Shown here piece after piece: positions 40,872 through 53,640 of a DNA stretch of 64,000 bases. Location of the stretch: positions 5,582,001-5,646,000 of the forward strand of contig NW_024704742.1 in assembly GCF_018977255.1 (NCBI RefSeq). Reading direction: 5' to 3'. The stretch is from Callorhinchus milii (Eukaryota). The notes beneath the pieces are model-generated. The model was not told the DNA's origin. It worked only from the letters and a program-made list of their open reading frames with translations, and searched no databases. How positions within the stretch are numbered: position 1 is the first letter of the stretch; each line of letters begins with the position of its first letter. A program made the position numbers and the translations under genes.

Positions 40872-43511
40872 ACTGCGCACAGCTTTTCATGACTTTACCA
40901 GTAGTTCGACAGTGATGGTGTTTCTTTATGCTTATAGCTTATGTCTATACAAGTCTGCCTTCATAACGCATTTCCCTCCAATGGACACTAACAATTTTGC
41001 CTTCCCAATAACAGGCACTCTTGCCATCTGAAGAGTTCCTCAATACATTAGATTTTTTTTAAAAAACAACAATAAAATATATCCTTCTAGTCTCTGCAAA
41101 TCACTACGTTCACATTTCACTAGTTCGTTAATTGAACCGAAGGAACCCTTTGGGTTTTTAAATACATTTTCATATACAGTAAGTAGATATTTCACTTAGC
41201 TTTGAACCATTTCCCTGGCATATCGGTACAAAATATTATGCATTGTTATGTTGAGCATATAAACAAGTAATAACACCATATAAACAGCCCAAGTACTTTG
41301 TGATGGCAACAGATTGCACCATGGTATTGGAGTGCTCTCTTCAACTGCTGTGGTGAAATTCTCTGGTAATAGTGAACACTTGCTGTAAATTGGAAGCAGA
41401 CTGCTGTTATCCGTCACTTAGCATGGTGATCTGATATTATGATTCGTATCAACTATAAATATTAATTTTATATTCATGAGGGAAAGAACATCGGGACAAG
41501 ATGGCACAATTAGTTCACAAACCATCTACTGTTTTAATGTCTTGGAAGTAAGAGAAGAAATGCTGTACATTTAAATGAAACCGTAAGGCAAGGTACTGTT
41601 ATATTCAAGTCAAAGCCAGTTAATAGCCCACTAGAATCCTTCCAACAGAATACGAAGGCTTATTATAAAGCAGGGATTAGGTAACCATCCATTTTAACAT
41701 TTCTAACCCTGGTTTCAACATTCCCCACTGGAATCCATATATTGATGTACTATATTTATCAACAGTGCACTGGATTCTGGAGACTTGTTGGAACACTGCT
41801 TTATAGTTTTACAACAATGGATCTGAATGTTTGGGGGGGGATTAACTTCCACTTGGGTCTAAATTACATGACCCGTTTTGCACTTGTTTCACCAACAAAT
41901 ATACAGTCAATTCACTTTACAGTCTATTCTGTGAAGCGATTTGAGAGGTCTTGAAGACTTGAAAAGCACTATTTCAAATGCAAGGATTATTATTACATGT
42001 ATACAGTGTGCCCAGTACTGTGTGGGCTGTGAATACTTTCAGTAGTGAGTTTGGGGCTGCTAAATATCATGACCTTTCAAAATCCATCTGTGGACATATA
42101 CACACCAGCGAATTACTAAAGCACAACGGGCGAGAAGTGCCACTGGGATCTAGATTTATTCTCATTTTCTTTATGGTGTTACCGAATTTGCTAAATTGTT
42201 GAATTTAGTCTTTACTTTGAAGCTGCGTAGTCTAACCTTGTAGTTCTTAAAATAATAGAGAAAAAAAAATGACTTCAAAAAGGAAAACTAATACCGGATT
42301 CCGGGACACTCCAAAATACTGCAAACTAAGAACAAATTTAGAACCCAAGTGGAATTTAACACCCCCTCCAAAAAATCCTTCTGCTCCAAACCAACGCATA
42401 CCACAGTAAAGTACATACTGTTGAAACTCCTAGCTGGAATTATTCACTGTTGGCTATGTCCCATTTTTAATCTTTAGCAATACATTTAAACTCCGGATTA
42501 AATTGCAAGCTTTGCCAAAAGAATATGTTGAATTAAGATTGCAATCATGAGGCGTGTTTATTCTCTAGGCTTTTTAAGTGGAGTTCCCATAGAAATCTGT
42601 TTGTCTCGTGTGACGAGATGCCATTACAAAGCTATTCAAATATTTACAGAAGGAATTTGCAAACGCATCAGGTGACGGAGGCTTTTTAGCCCATTTGATC
42701 TCATCTTGCGTGTGATTCGAGGGCAGCAGTTTAATTAGCGAATGGGGAGGTTCGAATTTTATTTCACAAGAGGGTTATTCGATTCCAGGTGAGGATTTAC
42801 AAGTGTTCAGATCTCAACACAGATCTTTGTAAATGTCCGCACATGAGCTGCTTTAATTTCCCTACCTCTCTTCCATGTCGCTCTTCAAATATAGACTCCC
42901 TTTGTTTTTGAGCATATCTCTTAAGCTCTACAACTTAAGGTCGACCCACTAATGTGATCACTGACGTACCTGGGGGCATTTTATCCCCCCCCCCCAGCCT
43001 TTTCATTTGCATGTTATAGTATATAATAGCACAAGAGAAACTCACTTATCCTGCTTCCTTGTATCCCAGTCACACAGTCGATTCACATTGCGGTCTGTGA
43101 CTTGATACACAGTGCTTCACAATGCCACACATACCTACACGCGATCAAAACAGCAAGTCACATTGGAGGATTGCAGTTGTAATGGCAAACCCAAGTACTG
43201 GCGGGCAGTGCCAAAGAAACATACCCGGGCAACAGTTGTCTCAAGAACGTGGGCAGAAACGAGAATGACCCAATTCTGTTTTGAAACGTCTTGATTTTTT
43301 TGTTCTTGGTTTCAATCTGGCAATGTACAATGCAGATACAGCAACTGAATGTGAAATGATGCATTCAAAGTCCAGATCTCCAGCCACTTAGCAAAACTAG
43401 CTCATTCTGAAACTAAAGTCGATTTAATTAAAGAGTAATGAAAGGGGAAATCCATTACACCCTGGTAGAGCTGGCCCCATTCATGTGTTAAGTTGCCACA
43501 TTAATTCTCTT

Positions 43512-43942
43512 TATACTGTGAAGTGAATTGACTGTTATGTTTTGAGAACAAACGCGGCAGCCAATTGCGCACAGCAGTGTCCCACAAACAGTCGTGGATT
43601 CAGTGACAAATTTACTATTATTTTTTGAAGGAATTCTTAGCCCCCAGAAAAGCGATCCGCCAATCGACTAACAACCGGGTTCCTACTTACTGCAAGGTAA
43701 ATAGAGGCGTGTGGGACTCTCTACCCCCTCCTCGCTCCCTCCCTCCCTTCCCTCCCTGACCATTTCCCCCCAATGCTCGGGTCCTGACCCAACTGTACAG
43801 CGCCTTGGGACGTCCTCCCGACGTGAAAGGCGTTCCAATAAATGGAATTTTGTTGTTGTTGTTGTGTGGAGTAAGGAAACTTGCCCAACCAGGTCTCTCG
43901 CTTGTGAGGAGAGCGCTCTAACCACTGAGCTACTGGAATCCA
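43512..43942 (-). mobile_element. SINE family A interrupted by an L2 tail
   Basis: SINE sequence on both sides of the insert at 43715-43863. Confidence 0.8.
43715..43863 (+). mobile_element. Short L2 3' tail insertion with GTGTGG TSD
   Basis: agcgccttgggacgtcctcccgacgtgaaaggcg..(TTG)n; same tail as 61345-61800. Confidence 0.75.
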
Positions 43943-46900
43943 CCTCGAGACGAGAGAATCTTGTCACAGTTTATTGTGACAAGGAAATGAGGAGATTCTC
44001 TGAAGGTCGAGATGAACCGGCAGAAGCTGATTAGTTGATTGGCGGATCGCTTTTCTGGAGGTAATAATCTCTTTAAAAAAAAATCTGGTCACTCACTCCA
44101 CGACTGTTTGTGGGACACTGCTGTGTGCAATTGGCTGCCCTGACCAAGTGCTCGAGTAAGCTCTGTACTCCAGTGTCTCCACTTCCTCTGTTTGAGCGCA
44201 GATCAGAAGGACTGCAATCCTGATCCCAGCTAACAGCGGGCCAAAAGTATAGCCATAGCCAGGAGCTCAATCTTTACCATAATCCTAATAATAATAATAA
44301 TCCCTCCAAAACCAAAAACAATAATAAAATTGGTCATTTTCAATCCACGACTGTTTGTGGGACATTGCTGTGCGCAATTGGCTGCCGCGTCCGCCCACAA
44401 ATATATACAGTCAATTCACTTTACAGTGTGTTCTGTGAAGCGCTTCGGGACGTCCTCCCGACGTGAAAAGCGCTACATCAAGTGCAAGGATTATTATTAT
44501 TAGTATAATCCTCTCATTTATAATAGTAATCCTTGATTTGATACAGCGCCTTATCACGTCTTCGAGACGTCCCAAAACGTTTCACAGAATACACCCTGAA
44601 GTGAATTGACTGTATATTTTGTGGGCAATTTTTTGCGTGGGTGAGATTCGTTGTGCTAACCCCTCCTAAACGAACCTCAGCAGGAAGACGTCTCTGGCAC
44701 GGCTTAGCTCAACGAGTATTAGCCAAAAGGGGCTGCGTTCATTCTGAGCAGTGTGTTGGAGTGTCCAGGAGATGGCTTACCTCCCTGCCTTCTGACTGTT
44801 CACATTTAGTGACACAGCAATCGAAGCTGAGCATCGCAGTTTGGCTGATTTGCGCCACTTGTTGGAAATCTCGTATTCCTTGCACGAGGCTCGCGTTGAT
44901 GCCTGGGCTGATTGGGGGGGTTACAGATACTTTGAAGTGCGAATCTAGCCACAAAGTAAACTAGTGCCGTCGCTAAATGAAATTGTGGCACAACACTTGC
45001 TCGTGTCAGCTTAAATACAGATCAGATCTACAGCTATAATAAGTTGGGCAAGTCATTTGGAGAATGAAGCCCACATCCATGGCGCATGTTGGGGTGACGG
45101 AGGACAGAACCCCCTCCAAAGCCCTGATGGAATGGTGATATTTGAAAGCATTAATCTGAAAAATTCATGACATTAACATCTTCTCAACACATGCATTCCT
45201 TAACGCGTTTCGAGTCCTGCAGTCAGAAAGCGACAGACGTTTCAAATCTTTACTTCGCTTTCGAATTTATATTTATCCCGGTCGGGTCTAACGTTACAGT
45301 CGTGGCAGCTATTCCTGATATTTGAGCACGCGTGGGGTGAAATTTGCCATGTTGCTCACATGTTTGATGTGATATCACATCCAGTAAGGAACACCATACT
45401 CCCCACTCCCATATCGCAGAGCTACAGTGTGTGCTGGAAATGGACGTAATCAGTCATCTCACAGAGGAAAGGAATTTTTCCTTCGTCCTGTCAACACTCC
45501 AAGGTTAAAGCTTCGCATCTACTTATGTTTTCAAGTTGCCAGTTTGACTCCTGGGCAATATCCGCAAAACCACTTGTCAAATTCAGTAAATGTGACAAAG
45601 CTAATGTTCTGGTGAGAAATAATCACAGAAACCTATACCCCGTTCAGTCAGTTTTGATATTAGAGCTTTTATATTATAAATAGGTAATATTATTAATAAC
45701 ATCACTACAAACAGAATTTTACTGCTTCACCATGAGTGGGTTCCATCAAACCTCTAAAAAAACTAGCGTCAAAAAACATCAGATTGACTGGGTGTAAGAT
45801 TGGATGTGATCCTTCAGAGCAATCAACCGTTTGTCATGTAATGCTCCGGCTTTTATCAGAAATCGAGGCGCACGAGCAGTTATAAGTTTTAAACAAAACG
45901 TATGTTCATTGAGAATATAATAATATATAATATATAATGTGTCTCTCTGTCCTTGAGAATTCCTATTGCAGTTCTCTCCCAATCGTGTCCTGGCTGTTCG
46001 GAAATCGCTCACTCAGGTCGGATAGGCAGAGAGACGCAAGGGAATGAAGTGATTTGAAAACGAGTGAGAGGATCTGGAAGTCGATCCGTTCGGTGATTGG
46101 GAGCCAGTGGCGCCCGGCGAGGACTGGTGTGATGGGGGTACGGAGTTTTTGTGCGTGTCAGTATCCGGGTGGCGGAGTTTTGAATTAAATAATAATAATA
46201 ATAATAAAAAATCCTTGCATTTGATAAGGCGCTTTTCACGTCTTTCTCGACAATAAGTCTAGCCAAAAATTAATTGGGATTTGTGTATATTTGGAGCTGG
46301 GTTGACCAGCAAGGACGGCGTTGGGATAGTCCAGCCGGGAAGTGATGACGACTATATCAAATAAAGATGATTAATATACTGTATTACTCTATTAGAGCAA
46401 CACCGTTGAGCAGTGGGATTTGGAGCTTGCCAGAGACCTGCTCACAAAGACAATATGACCCTGTTAATGTTTTGCTGCAACTAAAAATATCAAACACCAT
46501 CCAGACACTTTTACCGCAGTGTCCCATTGGCCAACCGGAATTTCAGTCCCTTTATCGGGACATTCGGGGAAGGAGTTGAACCGGGAATGTTCATGTTGCA
46601 TTAAAATGCAACACTTGAGTATTGTAAGATGGTGAACCCTTATTAAAGAGGGACCTGAATACACCAAACTCACTTTGAAACGCGTGTTGGAAAGCTTCAG
46701 GATACGGAAGGAATAAGTGAGGTTCCTGTCAGGGGAGGGAGAGCAGTTACTGTGCCAGGCTGTCAGGTTTGTTGTATAATTGTGTCGTTCTCGCTAAAGC
46801 TATGTATGTGTCCAGCTGTGGTCTGACCTGATTTTACAGGCAGCAAATTGCTGGGTTCACTGTTGGACCTAAAATAAAAGGAGCCACAGGCTTCTCTCCT

Positions 46901-46962
46901 CACCGTCCGTTTCCATCAGTCACTTAAAAGTCAATCTGAACTCACCGCGGGAGAGAGAGAGG

Positions 46963-47153
<191 letters not shown>

Positions 47154-50100
47154 CCTTGCATTTGATGTAGCGCCTTATCACGTCTTCGAGACGTCTCAAA
47201 GCGCCTCACAGGATACACTGTAAAGGGTAGTGACTGTGTGTTTCAGCGCCCTTCAGCCCGGATAGCATCTCGGAGCTGATAGTCCTGCATGTTTACTGGA
47301 AAAGTGCCGTAAATATACCCAAGAGTGAAGGTGGAATCCTCGGAGCTCATTTAAGAATCGATTTAAACCTCAGCTGATTTCCCTTGCCTATCCTGCAGAG
47401 AACATGGGCCCGAGCTCAGATGTCCTTACAGACAACGCAGCAGGTAGTCATTCAGATATGTTATTGTTGGAACGAAAGCAACGGCTGGAATGGAACTCAC
47501 CACCACGCACAGCCACAACGAGGCCTGAGTGAATGGTGAGGATTCACTGACCTTTCACGTTGCTTGGGGAGGGGGGGGGGGGGTGCTGACGTCGGCTGGT
47601 TAGTAGCAGCAGCACTCAGCACCTGATGGGTTCTCTACGTCATACTGTGGGCACACTTTAAAAAAAAAAAGCACGAGTTCCAGTCACGTTTGCAGTTGCC
47701 CAATGACGTCCGCTCAAGTCATTCATTCACCTCCAGTTGCTCGTCCCGTGCAACGGGAGGTGAATGAGTGACATTCTTGTTTATCTCCTCACAGTTTGGC
47801 ACAGTCTTTGAACTTAATTCCCTGATTTAGTGAGAGAGATGCAGAGAGATGGACCTCGTCTGGTTTCCATTCACTTGAAAAATTAAATACTGGTGACGGA
47901 TGTTATTAATCGAGGGTGTGGCAGCGCAGATGGACAAAGCGCTGAAAAGGCAAAACAATTCTCGGTTTTATATCTAGAGGCATAGAATACAAAAGGATAA
48001 TATTGAACTCGTACAAGACTCAGTTAAGCTGTAATTAGAGTATGGTATTGTGTACATTTGGGACACCTAATTATAGAGAGGGTAAATAAACAAATGAAAA
48101 GGTGCACTGTACATTGACTGTGATGTATATCTCCCAGTAACTGATATTGTCGGACTCTCTGTTTCCACACACAATCTTCATATCTACTTACCTGCACGTG
48201 TTTGACTCCAGTGTAACTTGGGGCTTTGAGAAACTGGCCAAAAACTATATTACTAAAAACCTCAATTTGAATACCACAGCGCAACTGTGAACCAGCTATG
48301 AAAATGGCTAATTAGCAGCTCATAGTGTAGGGTTAGGGATGGGGAGGGAATCAGAGAGAGAGAGAAAGAGTGGCGTCGTCACAGGGAGAAACTCAGACAG
48401 ACCGACACACAGAGAGTAAGAGAAAAAGAGTCAGAAGGAAACATTCGAGAGAGGGAAAGAGAAGGGCAGGTACCCTGTAGGGACGGCCCCTGCCCTTTGC
48501 AAGGCTATGCAACGTACAACACACTACAGACGTCTTGCTATCAAATGTCAAGATTCAGTTGTTGGGTTTTGAAAGGCAAAGTTACTGGAAAGCCGAGTGT
48601 GTGAAATGTGTCATTTTACAACAGGAGACACGGATCTGTTCCTACGAATTGCACTGACCCTTAAATACAAGGAAAGTTCTCTGCCGTATTATGATACGTG
48701 TTCAAGTGGCTGTTCTTTCTTCACTGTAATCCCAGACAGTGAAGATCGGCAGGATATCCAACTGTGGGGAGTGTAACAGGTGACACGGAAAACATCACAG
48801 CAAAATGTGCCGCTGTGTCATTTGAACGCTGTGTCATTGTTACGGAAAAAGCCACTCGTCTAAGCCATCTCCTTGGCCAATCGACGAGAGATTGTCCGAC
48901 ACCACCAGGCCTTTTAACCCATGGCCGTCTTCCCTCCCGTCGTCACGGTAAGAGCCCTCGGAGGAGAATTCTGGAGAGGATACTGGATCAGTGTGTCAAC
49001 CTGGCATTGATTAACAATCTGAAGCTCCGATGGCGACATTGTCGGTATGTCAGCAGCTTGGCTGAGGCCGCATTCATTGCCATCTCCGAATGGAAGGGAG
49101 CTTCAAGGAGACAAGTGGCAGAGCTGAGGGATTGAAAGCAAATGTTCTACACGATATCTGATCAGAGCTGCTGAGCCCTGCAGCTTTAATTATAACTGTG
49201 CAGAGTGTGAAGGGCAGCTGGATCTCTACGCCACACACCACGTTATATAACATTACAGTAAGGACAGGTGCCAGACTCAAAGTTAGAATCCAAAGTGATT
49301 CACAGATGAACTGGTCACTGTTTAACTAAGAAAGAATGGAAGCGAGCAGTGCCTTTCACTTTTAATACCTTGTAAAAGAAGGCGACACGATTCAAGCTGA
49401 GAAGAGGAAGTTAATCAAACCGTTCGCATTTAATTACTTTACAGGACTGAGGCAACAGCAACAACAAAATTACATTTGTATAGAGCCTTTCACAGAGAGC
49501 CACCTTCTCTCCACCTGTGACCAGAGCTCTCTCTGCCTCCTTGTTGTCCTCGATCTCTCTGTAGCTTTCAGCTATGCCGACCACTCCATCCTTCTCCACT
49601 GCCTCTCCTCTCAGCTCCAACTTCATGGCAGCTCTGTCCTATCCTGGTTTCATCTTACCTATTCAAACCATCTGCAGTCTGCCTCTTCTAACAGCTTCTC
49701 CTCCCACCCCCACACTGTCACACGCAGGGTTCCTCAGGGCTCTATGGAACCCACCACTGAAGGTTTTCCTGCTCTAAGATTTCACATTCCCTACTTCTTC
49801 CAAACCCCATCCTTTCGCCCACAAAAATGCAGTCAATTCACTTCACAGTATATTCTGTCCAGCACCTTGGGACGTCCTCCCGACGTGAAAGGCACTATAC
49901 AAATGTAATCTTGTTGTTGTTGTGTTGTTTCGTCCACAAAGTATACAGTCAATTCACTTTACAGTATATTCTGTAAATGAAAGGATTATTATTATTATTA
50001 TTATTTATTATCTCACTAGAGTGGAACCTCAATCACTTGTTTGGCTCCCAAATCTCCTTTAAACCTCACATCTGTTCTCTGACCTGTTCAGCTTTCCACC

Positions 50101-50494
50101 ACCTTCAAAACACTGCTCGCCTCCACCATTACCTCTCCCCTCAGGTCCCGAGAACATTATCCATGTCTTTATCACGTCCAGGCTTGACGATACCCACCCT
50201 GTGCTCCCAGCAATCCGCAGCTCTTCTCTACACAGGCTGAAGACTTTCCAGAACTCCGAAACCCATGTTGTCTTCTGCGCCAGGCTCTGCAAGTCTATCA
50301 AACCCCTTCATCGCCCAGCTCCGCTGACTCCCCATTCCCCAGCGAATCATTTCTCTCACCTAAATCCCTCCGTAAGGTCCCCCTACCCTACCTCTGCCAC
50401 TTTCTTCAACCACACTGCCCCCGCCACTCCCTTCGCTCAGCGCACCCCAACTTGCCTCACGTACCCCGCTTTATCTGTCCCATCGTGGTGTGTA

Positions 50495-50890
50495 TCAGCC
50501 TGACCCAGTTTGTAGCACATTTGCTTCTGAGTCAGAAGGTTGAGGGTTCAAGCCCCATGTCGGGACTTGAACTCATATTGTCTAAGCTCCGGTGCTGGGT
50601 GTGTTGCGTTGTCAGAGGTGCTGTCCTTCGGATGAGACATTAAACCGAGGTTCTTTCTGTTCAGGTGGATGTTCAAAGTCCCATGGTACCAGTTGAAAAG
50701 AGAAGGGGAATTTCTCTCGATAATAAGATAAAAACTGGTTGACTCACTTCACGGCTGTTTGTGTGACGTTGCTGAACGGAAACTCTCTGCCGCATTTGCG
50801 CGCAAAACACATTCACTACACATTATAGTATATTCTGTGAAGTACTTCGCTGTGTTCTCCTGACGCGACAGGCACTACGTAATTGTAAAT
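50495..50890 (+). mobile_element. SINE family B, near full-length
   Basis: tctgagtcagaaggttgagggttcaagcccc..gtccttcggatgagacattaaaccgagg..ggctgtttgtgtgacgttgctg. Confidence 0.7.
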
Positions 50891-51464
50891 TGGACTGTTT
50901 TGTGTTTGGCAACCAATTTAATCAGTGAGTATATATATATATAGAGAGAGAGAGAACACGGAGGATATTTCTCTCTTACTTCAGGACCAGTCAGACAGAT
51001 GGTAACAGTTTCGTTGATCCCGTTAATTTCCTACACTCTTGACGTTAATAATGTTTTCTGTTGAGCTACAGATGTCCCTCTCGGTGTGAGCGGGGGCTGT
51101 TTGACAGGAATGACTGAAGTAATGGCTTTTTCATTCTTGTGTTTCCACTGCTGCTCTTTCTGTGGTGTACTATTTCGGGGGGAGGGATTGGGGAGGAGGC
51201 TGCTCTCAGTTTTGAGTCTCCTGCCAGACTACTGGCGAGTGTCTGCCCAATCCTTGGCTGAGTAGAGAGGGAGGAGAAGGAATATGTGTGAGTTTTCCCC
51301 GGTGACCTGTGGGGTGGGGAAAAATGTGGACCATCTTGTACTCAGATACTTTAGAGCACGGATTCCACGCAGGGACAACTCGTATTACTTTTTGGTCATG
51401 TGGTGAGGGCATAGTTACCTTCTACTCAAATGCGCCCTGACCAGGGAGAATTAAAATTGCTACG

Positions 51465-51692
51465 AGTTGTTGCGGTCTGGAACGGACTGCCTGAAAGGGT
51501 GGTGGAAACAGATGCCATAACAGCTTTCAAAAGGGAATCGGATAGGTTCTTGAAAAGGAAAGACTTGCAAGGGTACGGGGAGAGAGCGGGGGAGTGGGAC
51601 TGATTGGGTAGCTCTTCCAAAGAGCCAGCACAGGCACGAAGGGCCGAATGGCCTCCTTCTCTGCTGTAATATTCTATAATTCTTTGATTCTA
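51465..51692 (+). mobile_element. CR1 LINE 3' end
   Basis: VWNGLPERVVETDAITAFKRESDRFL-like frame; gggccgaatggcctccttct and (ATTCTATG)-type tail. Confidence 0.85.
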
Positions 51693-53510
51693 TGACGATG
51701 GGAGAGAAGCTGCCCATGGGTTAAAGCCCTGCTTATAACACAGCAGGGAACTTTCCTTGTATTTAAGCGTCAGCACAATTCATAGGAACAGATCCTTGCC
51801 TCCTTTTTTTTAGTAACTTTGCCTTTCAAAACCCAACAATCTTTATATTTGATGATTTTGCACTCAACACGTACTTTCCCTTTGAGGCCCCGACTGATGG
51901 CATTTTTACTTAGTGAGTTGCTTCCAGAGGGGGAGTGTGGATTATCATGATGTAAAGGTCAGGTCTCCCATCCATTTGTTCGCTCAATGTCATTAACAGT
52001 TGCCTGAACTATGGCGAAAGGCATTCTCTCATTTCCAGGTAAGGAAGAGTATCCAAGAGTATCATCTGTTATCTAAGCTTCTCATGGATCACTGTGTCTC
52101 TGTTATTCAGTCCACACAATACCTTGTTCTTTTCCATGAAGAACTCAGCATCTAATCCACACTTGACTGTTGTCAATGAGTATAGGATTACCGCTGGAGA
52201 CTGGCAGTGTTGAGCGTGTTGAAGTAAATCATCATGAATAATAAAGCAACATTTTATTGGTAGTCTTCTCTGAGCTTTGAAAATACTGGGCTTTAGGACT
52301 GCAAACCTGGCTCATAATGTGAGCTGACAAGGTGGTTAGGAGGGAAAAGGTGGTTGAATTGGTTAAAAATATAAATATATATCCTACTGCTTTTTAATGA
52401 TTGATATGGTGTTAATGTTCTATCTTAGTGTTATGTTGATCAGTATTTGCAATAATTAGGACTTTATTCCTTGTAATTTTCCATCATTTGTACCAACTTC
52501 ATTGGTTCTTGAGGCGTGCCTTGAAGGAGGTGAGCCTGAGGCGTGCCGGAAGGCCGGGCGGGGGACATGGAGCAGGTCGGAGCCTGCTTAGCGGAGGGAG
52601 CGGACAGGTTGATAAGGGGTTAGCAGGTCAGAGAGGTCGGAGGGGGCAAGGGCATGGAGGGCCTTGAGGTGAGGCCAGTGGAGCCGGGCCAGGATGAAGG
52701 TGCGGGAGAGGACACGAGCTGCAGAGTTCTGGATGATCTGCAACTTGTGGAGGGAAGAGTTGGAAAGGTCGACAAGCAGGGAGTTGGCGTAGGGAGCTAT
52801 TGGAGCCTGGTTAGAACTGGTGTGATGGGGGGTTACGGAGTTGAGTTCAGGCGGAGGAGCTTTGGATCAGCTGGATGGTGCATGGTGCAGCTGGGGAGAC
52901 CAGCAAACAGGGCATTCGAGTCGGGAGGTGGCGAACGCATGGACAAGTGTGTGTATATATGTATAATATACAATCATATTGTAAAAATACATTGATATTA
53001 TGTTCAAACAGTACAGGGGTTAGAACTGTTCTCTCACCTCTGGAAACTGGGTTCCGATCCAACAGAGACAGGTGGGCAGAACATCTTGTTCTCTCTGTTG
53101 AAAGTCTTTGACTCTACACCCAGTTTCTTGTCCGTCACAAAACACACCTGATTTGACAATAAATTTGTTAAATCTACTCAGCAAGTGGTGTGGGAAATGG
53201 TACAGGAAGTGTCCTTGTCTGTGAGGAGAGGATGGAACCCACCACTGAAAGTTTTCCTTCTCCCAAGATTTCACATTCCCTACTTCTTCCAAACCTCATT
53301 CGTTCGCCCACAAAATATACAGTCAATTCACTTTACAGTATATTCGGTAAAGCGTTGTGAGACGTCTCAAAGACGTGATAAGGCGCTATATCAAATGCGA
53401 GGATTATTATGTTATCCTTAAAGTCCGGGTATCTTGTTGTCTCACTTTTTTTCTTTCAAATTAAGAACCGTGTTTTGACCGTGTGACCCACGCTGACGTA
53501 GTCATTAAAC

Positions 53511-53640
53511 AAAAGGCGAAATACTACAGATGCCGGAAATCTGAAATAAAAACAGGAGTCGCTGGGAACATGCAGCAGGTCAGGCAGCATCTGCGGAGAG
53601 AGGAAAGTGAGTTAACGTTTCAGATCGATGACCTTTCGTA
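53511..53640 (-). mobile_element. Penelope-like pLTR relic with partial minimal hammerhead motif
   Basis: Reverse complement ACGAAAGGTCATCGATCTGAAACGTTAACTC..cagatgctgcctgacctgctg..tttcagatttccggcatctg; homologous to 63698-63813. Confidence 0.6.

Larger units (their letters stand above)
39558..40900 (+). other. KCMF1: KCMF1 3'UTR (3' end approximate)
   Basis: Repeat-free, AT-rich sequence after the stop; AATAAA at 39889, 40866 and 41071. Confidence 0.7.

Noticed and set aside
48764..49135. 123-aa ORF, or a minus-strand terminal exon ending ..GDGLDEWLFP*
   Set aside because: No recognisable homology and no partner exons; mentioned only as content of the inverted-repeat interval
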